Part shown: positions 24,201 through 35,549 of the stretch, piece by piece
Layout of the letters: each line of letters begins with the position of its first letter
Position numbering within the stretch: the stretch's first letter is position 1
Assembly (NCBI GenBank): GCA_028534125.1
Contig: CM052817.1
Location: 14,262,001-14,326,000, forward strand
Direction of reading: 5' to 3'
Source of the DNA: Lama glama
Lineage: Eukaryota
Length of the DNA: 64,000 bases
The notes under the pieces: generated by a model
What the model saw: the letters and a program-made list of their open reading frames with translations, nothing else
The model's database searches: none
Told to the model about the DNA's origin: nothing
Translations under genes and position numbers: made by a program

Positions 24201-26590
24201 TCACCTATGGCTTTGACATCTGTCATGATAGACTATAACTGAAAGCTCACAGACTACTGTGAAAGAAAAGGACTGTAGACTTACAGAAAACCATGGACTA
24301 AGTTGTCTCCATGCAAAATTTCCAATCCTAAGAATAATCACGTGTCGCATTCTTGTATCTTACTTCTGGAGATTTTCAAATATCAATTAGATTAATCATG
24401 ATGATAATTAAATACACTAAGTTTATCATTATTTAACACAATGATCTAGTCAGTGAGTAAGAACCCATGCACTGGATAATTCTGCCCTCTTGGATAGATG
24501 TGTGCATTTCCCTGAAATCGAGGCTTACTGTCACCACACAGCCCTTCAATCAACATTGGCTCTAAACTACGTGTCATTTACGAATCACACAATTAATTTT
24601 AATACATTACCGATTTTTTAAAAAAAACGAAAGGATTCAATTGAATCTTCTTAGTTTTACATTAGCAGGACATACAAATCTTCTGAAGTCACAGAATTAT
24701 AGAACATTTAATTTAGAAGGTCATCTGAGATGATTTTGTCTGAGAAGAGTAACGATGTTACTTTTCACAGACATTAATAATTGATCAGGACACTCTGATC
24801 CCTGAGCTGACCCTGAGTACAGCTAAAACACTGAATTTTAGGAAGTCATTCCTAAGTGCTGTTACAGAAGGTATATTAACCAGCTCTGAGCGGAGTTCAG
24901 CCTTGCACGTTACAGCTGACCTCCGAGGAGTCTCTGAAGTCCTCTGAAGTGGACGTACTTTCCTGGGGTCACACAGCAGTAGACCTGGAATGACAACTAA
25001 GTTTCCAGAATCCTCACATCCATGCTTTTGCCGTCACTCCTTGTGACCTGCTATTAAATACTCATCAGAACAGGGCTATGGGCTTGGAAGGAATGGAATT
25101 ACAACACAGGTTCAAATCCTCATCCTTCATCTCTGCTGGCGTTCAGTACCCTGCTCCGCTCTAGCTTCCTACTCTTGATTTCTTTGTTCTCCTTCCCATT
25201 TGCACGTACATCACTATCCTGTTAAATCTCACATGAAAAAGAAAGGACTACAGGCCTTCGGCTCCTGCAATACACTGCACTCATACTCAAGAACAGCATC
25301 CCAGCAGCAGCGACGCTGAGCATAAATACGAGTGATGACGTCTCCACCCGTCCCTGCTCTGCACTCCGCTCCTCAGGGCTCCCCTCGCTGAAACTGAGCC
25401 CCACTGCTCCCCTGCCCCAAGCTTCTTGCTTAATATTTCACGTCCACGGCCCAAACTTAACCAAAGTCAGTGACTAGAATCTAGCGGCGCAGTGAGCGAG
25501 GGTTCAGTGCTCTGCCGACATTCATAATAAAGCACGACAGCACAGGAACAGTTCAGGTGGGAAATGTGCTATTTAAGTGGGTGAAAACACTCTTACCACA
25601 CCCACACACAAATGGAAAAATCTACTGATCATGGGGAAATTGGCTTAAATCCAAGCTTCAATTAAATGCATGTCTTTATTAAAGTACGATTATAGATTTG
25701 TTAAATAAACAGGAAAATGAGGGGCGTTTGGACACTGACTTTATTAATATATATTTGCTCTGCTGGCAGCACAGCCAAATGAAAAAGAGACCTAGGAGGC
25801 ATGAGGTCTGAATTATCTCAATTGTGAAAAGCGTCCCCTAACTTTTCAACAATATAACCTCTAAATTGAAGCCATGACATGATACATAGACTTTTTTTGT
25901 ATACTTGTTTCTTAAATGCCCATCTGAGGCTTGTTCAGAATAAATGGAAATAATCCAAAATTTGGAGGAAAGATAAAAGGATTCATTATATATAATTGTT
26001 CAAAATTGAATTCAAGCTATAAAGCCAATCAAAAAGAAAATGATATATTCACTCAAATAAAGCATTGTATTCCATTATATGATCTCATTTTCTTTCTCTT
26101 TTTAAAAGTTTCTAATAAAATGGAAAATATAACATGCTTACATTCAAATGAAAAAGAATGAAAATTCAACATACAAGTTTGTAAAACAAGAAATCAAAAC
26201 AGGAAAAGGAAAAAACTATGTATCATGACATTAAAAGGGAGTGCTTCCTATAATAAAGCTATTTAATTTTTAATGACTTCTTCTAGATTTACTTTTTCCA
26301 AATTTACTCCAATGGAAGGAGCGGGAAAAGAAAAATGGTACTGATTAAAAACAAAGTCATTGAAAAAAAAAAATCCCTTACTTTGCAAGTTGGAAATGAC
26401 CTAAATGGCTACCTGGGGACAGAAGAGGATGTCATGGTCATAAACACACTGGTCATTCATAGGATGGATAGTTATGAAGCGATTAAAAGACCATGGTTTG
26501 AGAAAAACATTTAATGATATAACCTTAAATGTAAAAAATAGATTGTAAGTCTGCAGTAATCCCTACAATGACTGGCGGGAGTACACGAGA

Positions 26591-26690
26591 GCCACACTGT
26601 CTAATAGGAATATGGGCTGTGTAGGTAATTTTAATTCTTCTACCAGCCACATTCTTAAACGTAAAAAGAAACAGGTGGAATTGATTTTTA
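26591..26690 (+). mobile_element. MER33-like hAT-Charlie fragment
   Basis: CACTGTCTAATAGGAATAT...GTAATTTTAATTCTTCTACCAGCCACATT...GTAAAAAGAAACAGGTGGAATTGATTTT. Confidence 0.75.
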
Positions 26691-27579
26691 CTAAAGTTTA
26701 CTATAAATAAAGATGACACCCACTGGCCAGCGTGTCAGCATTCTGCCTGCATTATTAGTGGGCTGGCGCAAGGAGATTCTTCCACCAGTAATCAAAACTC
26801 TCTCCCAGTCATTCTTCTTCTTTGAATGAATGCTCACAAAGTCTCTATACAAGTGAGATACGTTAGGGGACCCCAGGAAGGTGGGAGAGAGTACAGGGAG
26901 AGATGGAATTGGAGGGGGTGGATTCATGCCATAATTTGAGATGTGCTCCAGCGTTCACAGTCTGTCATCCTCAGGTGACAAAATGGGTGTAAGTCTTCTT
27001 GTCTGGGGCAGTGCTTGGTACACAGTGAATGCTTAATAATTCATCTAGTCCCCTTGTCAGGACACTCTGGAACGCATCCCTCACAAGAAGCACAGTTTTG
27101 TTCACTGGATGACAATACTTGAACCACGGTTGAGTTCACACAAATGAAATGAGAGGAACACTGCCCAAATGATCCGTCTACCTCCATTTTAACTGTCATC
27201 GCTGACTGGGCGTCATAATAAACAAAGCCCAGGGCTGGGTGGTCCTCTAACACAGCAGCACACAACATCCTGGGCTTATTACACACAAGGTGCTGGTGGT
27301 CGCGGTTCCGCAGAGACGGAAGACACTGCCAGCTCAGCCTAGTCGAAACTAACAAATACACTTAGCTTTGCTGTTCTCGCAATGAAGGTTTATCATTCTT
27401 TTTTTTTTTTTTTTTTTAGTGAATGAAAAGAACTGGTTTAAATTTTGACCTCCAGCCATTGAATATTATTCTACTGAAAAAACAGTAGTCCTTTCAGGGG
27501 TGTGGAGCAAAGGCTTAGATAGTTTGAAAGGATAAATTTACCACTTTTGAACGTCTTCTGGGAGCCTGGGCATTAATTG

Positions 27580-27760
27580 GAAGTGGCTGGTACAGAAGGG
27601 CTTGGATCTGTCCACTGAGGGGATTAATCTTGGCAAGTTATTTCTCTGAGTCTCAATTTTCTAAGCAAAAGGGAATAATGAAAATCGAACCAGCATGGTT
27701 GGCTTTTCTGAGGATTAAATAACGTATGTCGTGTGCTTTGTCTACAGTAGATGCTAAGTT
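27580..27760 (+). mobile_element. MIR SINE
   Basis: CTTGGCAAGTTATTTCTCTGAGTCTCAATTTTCT...TGAGGATTAAATAACGTATGT. Confidence 0.7.
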
Positions 27761-29069
27761 TTTCATTTCAGCTTTGATGCACACAGCCTTCTTTTTGTTG
27801 AAAAATGAAGATTGCCAAAATGAAGAAAAACAATCTCTGATTTATCTCAAATGAGAAAAATTCTCAAGTTTGCTTTTTATGGTTTGAGAAAAGAATCTTG
27901 AGCCAACACGCAGAATTTGGAAGCAGCCTGTGAATTATAATAGGTTTGCTAGGAAATGGTCCGAGTGCCAGGAACTCTGGATCAGAAGAAAATGTATGCA
28001 ATTAGATCATTTGGTCTAAATATGATTATACATTTTAGTAACGAACAGTATAATTCTGTAGGTAAAGCCAGAATAATAGAGAGAAAGCAGTGAGAAGAGA
28101 TTTGATTGATTGCAGAAGTTCCACAGACCTGCAGAAGTGGAAATCATACATGTAAGATAAGAAGGCATTTTCTTCCATAATGGCTAGAGATAACAAATGA
28201 TTTCAGACAACTGTGTGGAGAAAAGAGAGGGTGCAGACAGGCAACGTGGCTATAATACCAGCCTGGAGACCAACTTTGAAGTTCAGGGAAGAGAAAAGGC
28301 AAAGATGCTAAAGGTGGCAAAACTGAGGTCATGCCAATTAATGTGCTAAGTTTGCAACTCAGAAGAGGGCTAAGAGATGTCCAATGAGAAAGTTTATAAA
28401 TGAGCTCATCCGATTTGGAGAGAAAGTAGAAGAGGTAAGGGCCTCGGGCTACATCATGACACCGGGACGTTTGTTTTCAGAAATGTATTTATATAAAAAT
28501 GAAATGAAGTGTGGCATATCTGTACCCGTAGTTGGGGATGTTATTCATGTCTGTCCAGATCAGAACTCTGAATATATAAACCACTGCCAACCACCACCCG
28601 GCTCCCAGAAAACCCGGAGATAGCGAATGTGCCCTTTAAGATGAGCAAAGGCTTCGCTCCCCGCCCTCAATGGACTGGGCCTTGGAAACCTCTGCGGCCG
28701 TCTTCCCCTAGGCTCGGATGAGGGTCCTCTTTTGCCAGGTCCACTGCACCCTGTGCTTCTTAGAGCTGGTAATAGCCCAGGCCTGCCCCAACCACCCAGC
28801 CCAGCTGGACGGGAAGACGCAACCAGCACAGGCATTGAAGAGAGGTATTTTTGACAGTCCGGGGAAGGATGCTGTTTGCCCTAGCAGCTCAGTTCATAAC
28901 CCCTTTGCTTCTTTCCTTAAAAGCTCTATATTCAAGCAGTGATTCCCTGAGACCCACATCACAGTTGTACCCACTTGCGACGGAGTTGAGCGTTTCCCCC
29001 TAAATTAAACTGAGTGACTATCAGAGAATATAGGCTACCACTGTGATAGTCAAAATAAGAACAATATGC

Positions 29070-29071
<2 letters not shown>

Positions 29072-29129
<58 letters not shown>

Positions 29130-29147
29130 ACACACACACATATATAT
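29072..29147. repeat. (TA)n/(CA)n microsatellite, probably expanded from the internal AT run of an L1 3' UTR
   Basis: About 21 uninterrupted TA units, then a TACA/CA mix. Confidence 0.95.
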
Positions 29148-29152
29148 TCTTT

Positions 29153-29665
29153 TGAGGTGGGAGCCCCATAAAAAAGACCAGCAGGACCCCTAGGCAAGGC
29201 CACTACTCTCCTGCCAGCACCATCGGGTTCCCTGGCCCAGAGGCTCTATCTCACTTTTTGCCTCTGAAACAGCTTACTTCTAGGAAAAGCAGAACTCAAC
29301 CCTAAAATTCTATTGGTTCCCTGAGCTCACTCCTGATTAGTTATTTATCTCACTCCTGATTGGTTCATTTCCCTCACTCCTGATTGGTTATTTCTCTCCC
29401 TCCTGATTGGTCCATTTTCTACAAAGCTTGTTCCTAATTAGTCAATTTTTTATACCTTATTTGCATATGATGTTGCAAAGTGTAAACTGGCAGCCCGTAA
29501 AAACCTGTGTAAACCTACAGCCAGGGTCCAGAGCTTGGAGTGTTAACTCCTCTGGGCCCCCTGGTGTAATAAACCTGAGTTCTCCAACTCTCCGAGTGCT
29601 GCTTGGTCTCTCGCCCAGATCCAGGTTGCTGTCACCACTGAGCTGTAACACATTTTTCTGCAACA
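29153..29665 (+). mobile_element. ERV1-class solo LTR (MER41-like, cetartiodactyl type), 513 bp
   Basis: TG...CA termini (TGAGGTGG...CTGCAACA), 4-bp TSD CTTT (29149-29152 / 29666-29669), AATAAA at 29568-29573, U3 tandem repeats. The family name is from memory and less certain than the LTR call. Confidence 0.85.
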
Positions 29666-29669
29666 CTTT

Positions 29670-29918
29670 TCTGGATTCTTTTCCTTTATAGTTTATTACA
29701 AGACACTGAATATAGTTCCCTGTGCTTTACAGTAGGACCTTGTATTTTATCTATTTTATATATAGTAGTTTGTATACTGTAATCACAAACTCCTAATCTA
29801 CCCCTCCCCCTTTGGTAACCATAAGTTTGTTTTCTATGTCTGAGAGTCTCTTTCTGTTTTGTAAATAGGTTTATTTGCATTATTTCTTTTTTAGATTCAA
29901 TATATAAGTGATATCATA
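29670..29918 (-). mobile_element. Cetartiodactyl L1 3' UTR fragment, host of the LTR insertion
   Basis: GATTCTTTTCCTTTATAGTTTATTACAAGACACTGAATATAGTTCCCTGTGCT...CCCCTTTGGTAACCATAAGTTTGTTTTCTATGTCTG...ATATAAGTGATATCATA. Confidence 0.9.
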
Positions 29919-30759
29919 AAAAATAGCAATATTAATAGGAATTTAAGATGGGCATGTTGTTTCTGTTGTTTTACTATCAAGAGAATCTAATCGTTTTTAT
30001 CTTTTAAGGTCACTTGAGAGGCCTTATTAATTATGAAAATGAACGTCCACTACTCTGGGAGAAGGCGATGGTAAAGGACCCTGAGTGAGTGTGCGTGACA
30101 GTGCACGTGACTCTGCACGCACACGCACATGCCTGTGTCATGTAGCAAAAACTATCTAACCCTCTGTTCTGCAGAGTTGGTCACCGGGGAGCAAGTGGGC
30201 AATTCCTGAGGGAGGGTCCGCCTGATAAAGAGGAAATCGCTCCCCTGGATGGCGAACCAAGTTCAGACACAGCCTCAGGGGTCATGGACGAGGACTCATT
30301 CTTCAGCACAACCTGAGGTTAATGCTGGAAGTCCCTCAGGATCCAGAGACCTTAGCACCCCGCGTATGAGGACAGAAAGCTGGCACCCCAGAGCCCAAGC
30401 ACCGGGGTGCTACGGCAGGGAGCTGGTTAGGAAAAGACACAAAGTAAACAGGCGGCTTTTGGACAGGAGGGAGCCGGCTGCAACAGTGCCACCATGTGGC
30501 GGCAACATGTAATAGCAGCTGTGGTCTAGGATGGACGTTCTCTTCACCTGGCTTTCAGGTGGGACTAAGTCTCTGTGGGTGAGTGTTCTTGGAGTCAGTG
30601 GGAATGAGAGGAGGAAGTGGAAGGACAGGAAAGCTCAGGTGTCTTCCCGCTAATGCAGCAGATGGTGGTCTGAACAACACATTTTTTTTTGAATGTGATC
30701 ATTGTGTTCTGCAAGATTTATTCCACGCCATCTCACTTGCAATAACAATAAAGCAACGT

Positions 30760-30960
30760 GTTTGACATTCATCAATCTAATTTAATATCTCTGTAGTAAC
30801 CCTCAAGGCAGTTTCAGTTACGACATTTTACACAAGGAAAACCTGAGGCCCAGAGACCTCTAATCATTTGCCCGAAATCACTTAGGCAGCCAGAGGCCTG
30901 AGCAGCGGCTCACATGCAAGCTCGTTTGTCTTCAGAATCCCGGGCTTCCAATCCTGCCCT
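30760..30960 (-). mobile_element. MIR SINE
   Basis: CATTTTACACAAGGAAAACCTGAGGCCCAGAGA...TAATCATTTGCCCGAAATCAC. Confidence 0.75.
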
Positions 30961-31367
30961 CCTCGCCCCCCTCACGGCCTGAAAATAAATATGCCCAGGC
31001 TCTCCTTTACTGCCATCACTGCTGTCTACAGTAAATGTGCCCAATTAGTGAACCTAAAATTCTCAAGTAACAATTAATCTTTGCTTCATTTCTTACAGTT
31101 TAGCAAAATCTTATGAAAATAGTTTCCTTTTTGATCTTCCTGTAACTTAATAAGGAAGATAAAACAAAGATGACTCTTATCTCAGTTTGTAAGAGGAAAG
31201 GAGAGAGAGGGGAAGGCTCCCTGACTTCCCTTACAGCAAACAGCTAGTAAGTGGCATTTCTTAACGTACCAAGTCGGGTGTGGTCCCTTAACAAAAACTT
31301 ATTTGGCCCCTTGGGAAACTGACCTGTGGAGTAGCGGACTGAGAGTCAGAAAGTGCAGGTCTTATTT

Positions 31368-32020
31368 CTTCATTCACTCACTTATGTAAATAAAAATTCA
31401 CTCAGTGTCCACCACCTACTGGGCATTATTTTAGGTACGGAGATACAGTGGTGATCAAAACAAAGACCCTGCCCTTGTGGGGACTGCAGTCTAGTGAAAG
31501 AGACAGAAAATACACGGGGAAACAATGTATTTTGGATCGAGTGTCAGGCAGTGATCGCTGCAGGGAAAAAAAAACCGAAGCTAAGTAAACAGCCAGCACA
31601 GGAAGAGAGTCAGAGAACCGGTCTTCGCACAGTGACCCAGAGAAGAGGTGACGAAGAGGACCAGGGAGAAGGCTTCAAGTGTCACAGGGCTGGAAGGCAG
31701 TGGCCGGATGAATGAGCCAGGAGGCCAGTGGGACTGGAGGCGAGTGAGCAGGAGCGGGCACGCCCCGCTGACAAGGTTGGATTTTTATTCCGAGGGTGAC
31801 AGGAAGCCGTGGGAGGGTCTGCAGCAGGGGTGTGGCAGAGCTGACCTTCAATCTGAAGGACAGCCCCTAGGCTACTGGGATGAGGCAAGAGAGCTGTGGG
31901 GTGGAGAGGCAGCGATGCCAGGGTGGAATCGAGGAGACGGGGTGAGGAAGCACATGCAGCAGGTCAAGGTGAGAGAGCGGGACGGCTCAGAGCAGGGTGG
32001 TAACCGCAGCCGCTCTGATT
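31368..32020 (-). mobile_element. L2a/b 3' region, ~650 bp, unusually GC/CpG-rich
   Basis: TTCATTCACTCAC...GGGCATTATTTTAGGTACGGAGATACAGTGGTGATCAAAACAAAGACCCTGCCCTTGTGGGG...TTGGATTTTTATTCCGAGGGTGACAGGAAGCCGTGGGAGGGT. Confidence 0.85.
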
Positions 32021-32045
32021 TCCGACTGAGCCATCCTTACGACCC

Positions 32046-32081
32046 ACCGACCGACCGACCGACCGACCGACCGACCGACCG
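32046..32081. repeat. (ACCG)9 tetranucleotide microsatellite
   Basis: Nine perfect ACCG units counted directly. Confidence 0.97.
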
Positions 32082-32150
32082 CTGGGACTCTGGGCTTATT
32101 AACCCCCTCGGTCTCAGTTAACATTTATTTTAACTTTAAAATACAGTTAT

Positions 32151-32334
32151 TCTACCAAATATAAAATAGATAAACAACAAAGTCCTACCGTATAGCACAG
32201 GGGACTATATTCAATAGCTTGTAATGGCCTATAATGAGAAAGAATATGGAAAGAAATGTATTTGTATAAATGAATCACTATGCTGTACACCAGAAATTAA
32301 CACAACATTGTAAGTCGACTATACGCCAATAAAA
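32151..32334 (+). mobile_element. Cetartiodactyl L1 3' end, 5'-truncated, with TSD
   Basis: ATATAAAATAGATAAACAACAAAGTCCTACCGTATAGCACAGGG...GAATCACTATGCTGTACACCAGAAATTAACACAACATTGTAAGTCGACTATAC-AATAAA; TSD AAAATACAGTTAT (32138-32150) / AAGATGCAGTTAT (32335-32347). Confidence 0.9.
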
Positions 32335-33308
32335 AAGATGCAGTTATGAAAACTTCACAAGTCTGGAATCGGAGCAAACTTACAAAATGAAATAATATAT
32401 ATTATGAAATATATGAAAAATTAATGATTTTTCCCCTGCCACAGAAAAAAATGTATACAGCAGGAGCCCATGAAACACAGAATTTAAATCAGAAATTTAT
32501 TTGTAATCTACTCATGATTTAATAAAAGCAAACGCCAACTTGCTCTAACCACCAAAGCATGTTTACCACGGACTTATCTCTTTTAGTACGTACAGAGCTC
32601 CTGGCTCAAGCCAAGGAAATCAAAATGATGACTGGAAGAGACAAAACATCTAAGAGTTTACCCTTGTTATACACCTCATTCCTTGAAGGGAAACTGAGAG
32701 ACATGCAGAATAGGGGAATTGATCTCAGTTACATCACCAATCACTGCCCCCGAGCCTCCAGGCAAGAAACTTTGGGTGCCCTCAACAGAGACACATAATC
32801 ATCGGCCGAATTAGAAATGGAATTGTAATACACACTGAAGTGTGCATGTGTGTTTTGGTGTTCCCTAAAAGCCTGGAGTTATTAAAAAAAAAAACAACAA
32901 CAACTTGTTATGGGCTTCTAAGTTTTATGATTTGAGATTAAAAGAATACTTAAGTTAAATAATTAGACTGACTATGAAGCATATTTAGAGACTTTAAGAC
33001 CTAAGGTTATGAATTTGCTTCACATTTTTAATACAAAAATCATTGATCCTGTGTTGACTAGGAGTAATAAAATAAACATGTAACCATGTAAAGTGTAGAT
33101 TTTGCTCTCCCTCTGAATAGTACTAGATGTTTTTCCAAGGGTGTTTAGTATGCCCCTTTTGATTATTTGTATTTAAAGAAAAATGCTGATTTAAGTACAT
33201 GAATGACTGTAAATCAGAGCATCGCCTGGTACTAGTAATAATTCTGCACATTTGGAAAAAGAACATTTCAGCCTTGCCCCGCATTTCTAAAACACTGCTT
33301 GTTTGCTA

Positions 33309-33322
33309 CTGCCACCTGCTGG
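33309..33322 (-). promoter_or_regulatory. CTCF core motif CCAGCAGGTGGCAG
   Basis: Plus strand CTGCCACCTGCTGG fits the CCASYAGRKGGCRS consensus at every position and lies in apparently non-repeat sequence. Confidence 0.6.
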
Positions 33323-33429
33323 TAACCCCCAAAATGTACTTCAACGGGTGAAGAATCTATCCACATCCTCTCTTCATTGGTTTCTTTTATTTATATTCCT
33401 AGATTTCCATAGGTTTTTGGAAAGTTTAC

Positions 33430-34310
33430 TGCATATTTGAAATTATTAAATAACACTATTTTTCATTTAAAAATTTACATATAATCATTGAAATACAGAG
33501 AAACAAAGAAGGAAGTAATAATTATTGCATTCCAACTTCCCAGAGATAATCTAGGTACATAACCTTTAAAAGTATGCAATCTTGCAATCTGATGTTTTTC
33601 ACATAAAACATACTGTCAAAGCTTATGTTGTTTAATATTCTTATAGTGGCCACTTCACATTTAATCACATGAAATGTTACTTTATTTTTGAACATTTGAG
33701 TTTCTTTAGTTTTATTTTTGGGGGGAGGGTGTAGCAATACCCTAGCTTAAAAATTTTGGAATTAGCTCTGATTTTTTTTATATAAAAGATTACTAGAAAT
33801 ATAGCTTCTTAACTTAGAGATACCAACATGTGAAGGCTTTTAATATACAGGGTCAAGTTCACCCCAGAAGTCTATACCAATTCACACTGCTATAAAAGTG
33901 TTACTCTCTCCACATTCTCATCAACACTTCCTTTTATGTACTTTAAAAACTACTCCAATAGGATAGCGAAGAAAAATGGGACTCTGCTACTTTCTGTGTT
34001 TACTTTATTATCAGTGGAGTTCTCTTTTCATTCATCTCCTGGCCATTTCTATACTTCCAAATGCCTTGGTTTCTATGCTAGGTTTTATATTTCATTCTTT
34101 ATCAGAATAAAAAATAAATTAAGAGAGTTAAAACCTTTTCGTGTATGTTCTAAATCTTTTCCCCTGTCCTATATTACTTCATTTTATCCACGGTATTTTT
34201 TAATACATAGACATTTAAAATTTTGATTTAGTCAAGTATACCTGTCTTCTTCTTCATGTTTCTATCCCTGCGATTTTATGCTTAGAAATTATTTCCCTTC
34301 TCTTGGAATT
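33430..34310 (-). mobile_element. Ancient L1ME-type 3' UTR/ORF2 remnant
   Basis: CCAACTTCCCAGAGATAA; CCAGAAGTCTATACCAATTCACACTG...CTCCACATTCTCATCAACACTT; TTTAAAATTTTGATTTAGTCAAGT...ATGCTTAGAAA. Confidence 0.65.
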
Positions 34311-35049
34311 AGTCACTATCTCACTCCGAAGGCAATTGTTCACATCTTTTCTAGGCAAAAAGATTTTACCAGATGTCTTCCCTGTGGAAATTCATAGTTA
34401 CCTGGCATGAGAAGAAAGGTTAATCTAGACATCATTCTCACACCATGACACTTGTCTTTTATGCACCTGCGTGAATCATGACACTGAAATGCAAAATATT
34501 TTGAGGTCATTATAAGGAAACCCTTGTTATTAATGGGCTAGCTCTGTCCCATTACATGTCCATATTTGAGTTCAAAACTCTGTCCAACTATCAACATAAA
34601 ATGAAAAGCATACTTTATATCAAATAAAAACTTACCATTAAATTCAACCACAAACAAATGCAAGGCTTTGTTACCGTGAGGTTACTGAAATGAGAAGGGG
34701 CACCAGGCAGACAGCACGCCGGCCAGCTACCAGTCACTTCATGCCAGACTTTGCTCTAACAGGCATCTTGTTTTATGGAGCGTTTCTGCATTTCTAATAT
34801 GGTGAAGCAGAAAAATCACACAGTGAGGCTCCAGCAACACCATGACCTACACAAAATCATGTAGGTGTCCCTTCCTGAGTCTCCCTTCCTTCTGGTACAA
34901 AATGAAGAAATTCAAGTTAAGGATCTCAAAGACGTCTTCACTCTCTAACTCCCCATGAATTTACACTTCTGCCTCACTTGGATGGTACTTCATCCAGCTC
35001 AGTAACAGTAATCAACAGTCAGCTGTCACTATAATAACACACAGCAGTC

Positions 35050-35549
35050 NNNNNNNNNNNNNNNNNNNNNNNNNNNNNNNNNNNNNNNNNNNNNNNNNNN
35101 NNNNNNNNNNNNNNNNNNNNNNNNNNNNNNNNNNNNNNNNNNNNNNNNNNNNNNNNNNNNNNNNNNNNNNNNNNNNNNNNNNNNNNNNNNNNNNNNNNNN
35201 NNNNNNNNNNNNNNNNNNNNNNNNNNNNNNNNNNNNNNNNNNNNNNNNNNNNNNNNNNNNNNNNNNNNNNNNNNNNNNNNNNNNNNNNNNNNNNNNNNNN
35301 NNNNNNNNNNNNNNNNNNNNNNNNNNNNNNNNNNNNNNNNNNNNNNNNNNNNNNNNNNNNNNNNNNNNNNNNNNNNNNNNNNNNNNNNNNNNNNNNNNNN
35401 NNNNNNNNNNNNNNNNNNNNNNNNNNNNNNNNNNNNNNNNNNNNNNNNNNNNNNNNNNNNNNNNNNNNNNNNNNNNNNNNNNNNNNNNNNNNNNNNNNNN
35501 NNNNNNNNNNNNNNNNNNNNNNNNNNNNNNNNNNNNNNNNNNNNNNNNN
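35050..35549. other. Assembly gap (500 N)
   Basis: Exactly 500 N; a round size suggests a scaffolding placeholder. Confidence 0.99.

Noticed and set aside
29326..29418. CRISPR-like array of 23-24-bp repeats
   Set aside because: Head-to-tail tandem units with no unique spacers, inside an LTR U3 in mammalian DNA
31648..32121. 157-aa ORF, the longest ORF without N bases
   Set aside because: Lies in a GC-rich antisense L2; its PTDR repeat is just the (ACCG)9 microsatellite
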